From positions 35,015-99,014 of IMG/VR virus record IMGVR_UViG_3300027901_000002: 64,000 nucleotides of DNA; one strand, written 5' to 3'. A model generated the notes under the pieces. The model was not told the DNA's origin. It made no database searches and saw nothing but the letters and a program-made list of their open reading frames with translations. Numbering within the stretch: position 1 is the first letter of the stretch; the number at the start of each line of letters is the position of its first letter. Positions 58,784 through 64,000 of this stretch are shown in pieces. Origin of the DNA: a virus. The position numbers were made by a program, and so were the translations under genes.

Positions 58784-61783
58784 ATGACGACTAACGACGA
58801 AGAAAGAGATTTTAGTCAAGTTGGTAAACAAAGATTCCCTGGTCGGTTCGATCCTAAGTTGTTGCAAAACGTAGACGACGCTGGGGACGGTTATCCTGGT
58901 TTACAAAAAGCTATTAGAAATTGGCACGACGCAAATAAATTCGACGTCAACAACGATTCTAATTGGTATTTTGTAGAAACAGAAGCAGAATTGAACGCAG
59001 CTATAACTTCAATAGGTTCAGACGCTGGAGTTATAATCTTAAAAACTGGAACTATAACTCTTACAGGAAGTATAAATATTAATGGAGGAGGTAGTTATAT
59101 CATTATGGGGATGGGACAAAACTCTATCATACAAACTGCCGCTGGAGCTAATCATGGTTTTAGCGTTACTAATTGTACTTCTTGCGTTTTTAAAGATTTT
59201 AAAATTAATGCAACTGGACAAACTGGAACAACGGGAGCTATCTATATTAACGATTATTGGGTTTTAGTAGACAACGTGTTTATAGAAAATTCTCGTAATG
59301 GTATTTATGGTTATAATACTGGAGGAATCGTAATAAGAAGTTGTAACATAGATAATCATAATAGAGGAATATTTTTCGATAATGTAATCTATTCTGAGAT
59401 AACTGGTTGTTTAGTACAATCGGCTAACGACGCAAACATTTTATTAGAGAATTGTGCAATTGCAAATATAATAATATCAAACAATCGTCTTGTTGGTGGG
59501 AACAACAGTGATATTACTATTGGACAAACTTCATACCAGATTGTCATTACTGGAAATACTTTTTTTGGTTCTGCAAGTAGCCCTATTGGTGTAGCAGTTG
59601 TTCAAACAAGTAGACACGTTCTTATAAACGATAATTCGTTTTATAACTATGTTGTTGGTAATGTGGGAGTTTCTATTAGTAATAGTGAATATGTAATGGT
59701 TGATGGAAACTTTTTTGAAGCTTGTGCGTATCCAGTATTTATTAACGACATTGGAGGTTCTGCCGATCATTGTTCTGTAACGAATAATAATATGAAGCAA
59801 GGGGTTAGAGCAATAATAACAAACGCAGCAGGCGGAACTATACAACATTGCAACTTCAGCAATAACACTATATCTAACTTTGAAAGGGGAATTCAGATAA
59901 CATCCACTGCAGATTACTGTACGATTTCTGGAAACTACATATCCAACATCGACAAATACGAAGCAATTACCGTGTCTGGAGGGAGACACACAATAATTGG
60001 AAACACGATAAGAGACGTTGATCGAAACAACTCAGATATTTATCCAGCAATTGAAAATAGTGCAGCTGGTACAGCAATAGTTGGAAATTCAATTTCAAGT
60101 TGTAGGAATGCTGGTTCTGGATATATTACTGGAATATATAACAGTGCAGATTATTGTACTATTTCTGGAAATTTAGTTCACAATAATAATACAGGGATAG
60201 TGAATACTGGTGATTACGTTTCTATAACTGGAAACACGTGTACGAACAATACACACACAACAGATAACTGCTATGGAATATATTTAAACGTTGGAAGTTA
60301 CAACACTATTGTTGGAAACAATATGTATAACAACGGTCACGATGGTATTTACGTGCTTAATTCAATAGGCGTTACAGTAAGTGGAAATCAACTTTACTAT
60401 AATCAAGGAGTTGGTATTAGAACTTCTGGAGGACAATCTCTTACTATTAATAATAACGTATTAAGAGCCAACACAGAAGAAGGAATAATAGTTAGCAACA
60501 CTCCATATTCTACTGTAATAGGTAATAGTGTTGTTGGAAACGAGTTAGATGGTATTCACGTCAAAACAAACGCAAACGGAACAGCAATAATTGGAAACAA
60601 TTGTAGTGCTCCTGGAACCCTTAGTGGTTCTGGCCCTCTTGCTGGAATCAAATTAAGCGATACTGTATCATATTGTAGGGTTGTTGATAATTATTGCAAT
60701 AATTACCAAAACAATGGAGCTGGAACAGGATACGGAATTTACGTTGGTTCTGGATGTACACAAAATTCTATAATAAATAACCTTCTTCCAACAACTAACG
60801 ATCAAACATTCTACAACGTTGGAAACTTTACTAGAATAGAATTACTATGTAATACTCAAGCGGAAATACAACAAGGACTTGATGGAATAGGGTCTACTAG
60901 TGGCGTTATAAAAATAGGACATGGAGCAATAAGTGCAACTTCAGTGATAACTATAAGCGGTGGTGGTTCTTACGTAATAGAAGGACAAGGAGACGCAACA
61001 GTTCTTACTTCAGGAAACAATAGTGTTTTTAGCGTTACTAGCGTTGCTTCTTGTGTGTTTAGAGACTTCAAAATAAACGCGTCTGGTCTTACTACATCGA
61101 CTTTAGAAGTTATAAACGTTACAGACGGCCCAGTTACAATCGACAACGTTACAATAGAAGGAGACGGAACGAATGGATATGGAATAGAAATTAATTCTAC
61201 GGAGTGTCAAATTAAAAACTGTCGAATAGCAAATGTAAATTATGGAATAAGAGTTGTTGGTGGAACAGGGAACGAATGTAGAATTGTTGGAAATTATGTA
61301 GGTGGCTGTACTAGAGGAATTGAATTAGCTTCAAGTCAAGATAACGTCGTTAATTCTAATCACGTAGACACGAACGATTACGGAATTTACGTAGGAGGAG
61401 CTTCTGACAACAACACTATTACAGGAAATCATTGCTTCGACAATACTATAAGAGGAATAGAAATAAATGGAAGCGATTATAACACAATTACTGGTAACAC
61501 TTGTAATGGAAATAATGCAGATAGTGCGACAGATGGAGGAGGTATTTGGATCGACGCAGATTCTAACGAAAACACGATTAATGGTAACACTTGTAATGGA
61601 AATTCCAATATTGGTTCTGGAACAGGGTATGGAATAATAATAAACAACTCAAATTGTGATAATAATACAGTTGTTGGAAACACAGCGTTAAACAACGACA
61701 CTCAATATTCTGATAGTGGAACTGGCACTGTTGACGATTCTTCAGATGGAACAACTAACTCTAATTTAAATAATTTTGGATAA
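58784..61783 (+). CDS. Right-handed parallel beta-helix tail fibre/spike (pectin-lyase-like fold)
   Basis: Many I-x-GN repeats; two tandem beta-helix modules. Confidence 0.85.
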   Translation: MTTNDEERDFSQVGKQRFPGRFDPKLLQNVDDAGDGYPGLQKAIRNWHDANKFDVNNDSNWYFVETEAELNAAITSIGSDAGVIILKTGTITLTGSININGGGSYIIMGMGQNSIIQTAAGANHGFSVTNCTSCVFKDFKINATGQTGTTGAIYINDYWVLVDNVFIENSRNGIYGYNTGGIVIRSCNIDNHNRGIFFDNVIYSEITGCLVQSANDANILLENCAIANIIISNNRLVGGNNSDITIGQTSYQIVITGNTFFGSASSPIGVAVVQTSRHVLINDNSFYNYVVGNVGVSISNSEYVMVDGNFFEACAYPVFINDIGGSADHCSVTNNNMKQGVRAIITNAAGGTIQHCNFSNNTISNFERGIQITSTADYCTISGNYISNIDKYEAITVSGGRHTIIGNTIRDVDRNNSDIYPAIENSAAGTAIVGNSISSCRNAGSGYITGIYNSADYCTISGNLVHNNNTGIVNTGDYVSITGNTCTNNTHTTDNCYGIYLNVGSYNTIVGNNMYNNGHDGIYVLNSIGVTVSGNQLYYNQGVGIRTSGGQSLTINNNVLRANTEEGIIVSNTPYSTVIGNSVVGNELDGIHVKTNANGTAIIGNNCSAPGTLSGSGPLAGIKLSDTVSYCRVVDNYCNNYQNNGAGTGYGIYVGSGCTQNSIINNLLPTTNDQTFYNVGNFTRIELLCNTQAEIQQGLDGIGSTSGVIKIGHGAISATSVITISGGGSYVIEGQGDATVLTSGNNSVFSVTSVASCVFRDFKINASGLTTSTLEVINVTDGPVTIDNVTIEGDGTNGYGIEINSTECQIKNCRIANVNYGIRVVGGTGNECRIVGNYVGGCTRGIELASSQDNVVNSNHVDTNDYGIYVGGASDNNTITGNHCFDNTIRGIEINGSDYNTITGNTCNGNNADSATDGGGIWIDADSNENTINGNTCNGNSNIGSGTGYGIIINNSNCDNNTVVGNTALNNDTQYSDSGTGTVDDSSDGTTNSNLNNFG

Positions 61784-62018
61784 AAAAATAAAGAAGGTGG
61801 TATTTATAACAGAAGCGGAAAAAGTTTCAAAGTTAAAAAGTATTTTTAAACAATATAGACCTTCTCTTAAGAGAACGAGAACTATATTAATACAACTCGC
61901 AGGTCAAATTATTTTGACCATAATGTTGTTACATTCGTATGGGTTTGAAGTAACAATGTTTGCGATTTTGCCTCAGCTTTTGGAACTATTACAAATTATA
62001 GAAAAAAAAGAAGAATAA
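61776..62018 (+). CDS. Small membrane protein (possible holin-like)
   Basis: Hydrophobic segments; last gene of the late operon. Confidence 0.4.
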   Translation: MDKKIKKVVFITEAEKVSKLKSIFKQYRPSLKRTRTILIQLAGQIILTIMLLHSYGFEVTMFAILPQLLELLQIIEKKEE

Positions 62019-62026
62019 ATCAATAT

Positions 62027-62133
62027 AGGTTCGACGTAAAAGGAGGTCAAAAAATTCCACAGAACGCTATTTTTGTCTTCTGTGGGAATCGTTTTTGATC
62101 GAAAATGTAGTTGATATCACGTCGAACTTTTTT
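62027..62133 (+). terminator. Large nested stem-loop plus T-tract at the end of the late operon
   Basis: GTTCGACGT/ACGTCGAAC, TCAAAAA/TTTTTGA and CCACAGAA/TTCTGTGG pairs, then TTTTTT. Confidence 0.55.
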
Positions 62134-62486
62134 CACTTATTTTTGATATTTTAAAATCGATCTCTCCTAAAATCAAACCAGTCGAGAGATAGATTCGTAA
62201 AAAACGGACAAAAGAGATTTAAAAGAGTTTTAAACTCTTTAAATTAAGATCTACTTCTCCTATTAAAATTGTCGCAGGACACTCCAAATTTGTCTAGTAC
62301 AATCCCAATAAGAATATCTATTTTGTCAAAGTCTTTATATTTCTCTAAAAGAAAGGTAAGCTCTTTTACCTCTTCGTTCTGCAATTTTGAAATGTCGTAA
62401 ATCATACCATAACCATATCTTGATCCTTTTTAAAGGTAATTTTTAAAATAAAAAAAGAATTAAAAAAAGTTTTATGGTTTATTTAC

Positions 62487-63461
62487 TTAGAGGGAAACAG
62501 AGATCCTGTGTGTATCAAGATGTAATTTTATTTTTGGAGCTCCTAAATCTCCAGAAAGAGGATAACCAGCTCTCTGAGCGTAAGTTCCCCAATATCCTAA
62601 AAACGAACCAGACAAGACAAAATGTCTTGGAACTGATTCTACTGTTTTCGTTATAACATTTGGTCTATATCTATCCATCTTAGTTGCGTCGAGAGAATGT
62701 ACGTGACCCATAATGTACAATTCTGCTTCTACTATTCTATCTAATTCTATACACGCTTTTATCTTAGTGTGCGGATATCTTGCTCCGCTACGCCCGTGAG
62801 TTGTATACGCTGTGTAAACTTCCTTTCTTTCTCCATCTGTTATTTCAAAAGCGTGAATCATTCCATCCTGGAAGTAAGGAACTCCTAATAATTTTGCCAT
62901 TAACTTTGCCAGGTCAAAACCAGTTTTCTTGTGAACTCTTAACTCGTGGTTTCCTCTTAATAATCCAAGTATTTTGTCTTGTTTTACTAAAGGCTCAAAC
63001 TTTTCAACAATTTCGTAAACTTGAGAATCTAGGAATTTTGTTTGGTCGAATAATCCAGGACTATCAACAATACTCGATTCTACTAAATCTCCCATAAGAA
63101 TTATTTTAATGTCTGGAGTTATTTTGCACCAATCTAACACGAAGTCTAAAAACCCTTCGTCGCAATCTTCGTTTCCCCAATGTATATCACCAACAGGAAC
63201 TAATCTCATAAAGTCCCAAGAAGGATCGATTACTATTTTAACGTAATTAAGAAGAGGAACTCTCTTTACTGCTTTATAATCTCTTGTTTGTTTAAATTCC
63301 TCAAACCTCTCTTGATACTCTTCTTGTTTTATTCTTTTTCTTTCTCTTCTGTAAACGTCTTCGCTTACTCCCAAATACTCGGCTTGCTTGTTTCTCGTAT
63401 CAAACTTTAATTCTGCTTTTGTGATTTGCTCTAAAGTTAATCTAATAGCTTTTCTCGGCAT
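62487..63461 (-). CDS. Calcineurin-like metallophosphoesterase with N-terminal HTH
   Basis: GDIHWG, GDLVE, GNHE, THG and GHVH motifs. Confidence 0.9.
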   Translation of the reverse strand: MPRKAIRLTLEQITKAELKFDTRNKQAEYLGVSEDVYRRERKRIKQEEYQERFEEFKQTRDYKAVKRVPLLNYVKIVIDPSWDFMRLVPVGDIHWGNEDCDEGFLDFVLDWCKITPDIKIILMGDLVESSIVDSPGLFDQTKFLDSQVYEIVEKFEPLVKQDKILGLLRGNHELRVHKKTGFDLAKLMAKLLGVPYFQDGMIHAFEITDGERKEVYTAYTTHGRSGARYPHTKIKACIELDRIVEAELYIMGHVHSLDATKMDRYRPNVITKTVESVPRHFVLSGSFLGYWGTYAQRAGYPLSGDLGAPKIKLHLDTHRISVSL

Positions 63462-63565
63462 TTTTTAACATCTTTTTTAATAATTTTTTAACATCTTTTA
63501 ACCTTTGCTTTACAGTTCTTTTATCATTGATCCATGCGTTATACACTTCTCGATTAATATGTGCT

Positions 63566-64000
63566 TTATCTATATTCATTTTCGTACCAGTCCAACGCTG
63601 ATTTTAATTGGTCGCCAACGTGTTCTTGGCTTACTATTTCTTGGACTTTTAAAGCGTTTTGAATCATATTATCTTCTATTACTTCGTCTCTACTCATATC
63701 TTTATACTTTTCGTAGCACATTCTTATTTTCTTTTTTACGTCTTCGTATTTCGGAACTTTCCATTCCAATTGAGGTTGAAGAAGATCTTGATAAAGATTG
63801 TCTTTTCTAAATCCTATGTTTTCCCAATCTCCAACGTCTATTAAGAAAGAATTATCATCGTTCATGTAATCTAAATGTCCGCTATGTCTCGGAGCAATAG
63901 CTGGGATTCCACAAAGCATTGCTTCAGTTGTTGGAGCACCCCACCCTTCACCACAATCAGTTGCTATGTAAGCGTTAACTGCTCTATAAACCATTGAAGT
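63566..64000 (-). CDS. GT-B (family 4) glycosyltransferase, C-terminal part; starts beyond the window
   Basis: EGWGAPTTEAMLCGIPAIAP (Ex7E motif). Confidence 0.85.
   Translation of the reverse strand, partial: TSMVYRAVNAYIATDCGEGWGAPTTEAMLCGIPAIAPRHSGHLDYMNDDNSFLIDVGDWENIGFRKDNLYQDLLQPQLEWKVPKYEDVKKKIRMCYEKYKDMSRDEVIEDNMIQNALKVQEIVSQEHVGDQLKSALDWYENEYR

Noticed and set aside
1-64000. Alternative genetic code, integrase, reverse transcriptase/DGR, DNA polymerase
   Set aside because: Genes tile densely under the standard code with all three stop codons used, and none of the relevant motifs were seen in this window.

Overview
AT-rich segment of a tailed dsDNA archaeal virus (Caudoviricetes, contractile-tail/myovirus-like). 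The host is probably Asgard/Lokiarchaeia, inferred from a Lokiarchaeia-type domain at 25471-26382, TFB and RFC homologues, TATA/BRE promoters and GGTGA Shine-Dalgarno sites. Layout: (i) 1-33066 is a mostly minus-strand early/accessory block with an RFC-large-like clamp loader carrying a PIP box, TFB, RNase HI, DUF932, an HxGH nucleotidyltransferase, a PnuC-like protein, a TIR-like protein, a MoxR AAA+/vWA pair, an HNH and dozens of small CxxC proteins; (ii) 33070-34740 is a divergent-promoter/repeat region with one compositionally anomalous gene; (iii) 34744-62018 is a plus-strand morphogenesis operon (terminases, portal, protease/scaffold, capsid, neck, sheath, tube, tape measure, baseplate, beta-helix fibre); (iv) a minus-strand metallophosphoesterase and glycosyltransferase close the window. 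The most striking observation is a cluster of GC-rich structured RNA elements inside the early polycistron (4413-5554), each bounded by near-identical archaeal bulge-helix-bulge (BHB) splice motifs. Excising one restores an ATGA stop/start overlap, and excising another regenerates a splice site, suggesting viral mRNA introns or circular RNAs processed by the host tRNA-splicing machinery. A tRNA-like cloverleaf RNA lies nearby (3225-3352). All protein family calls come from motif recognition by eye, not database searches.
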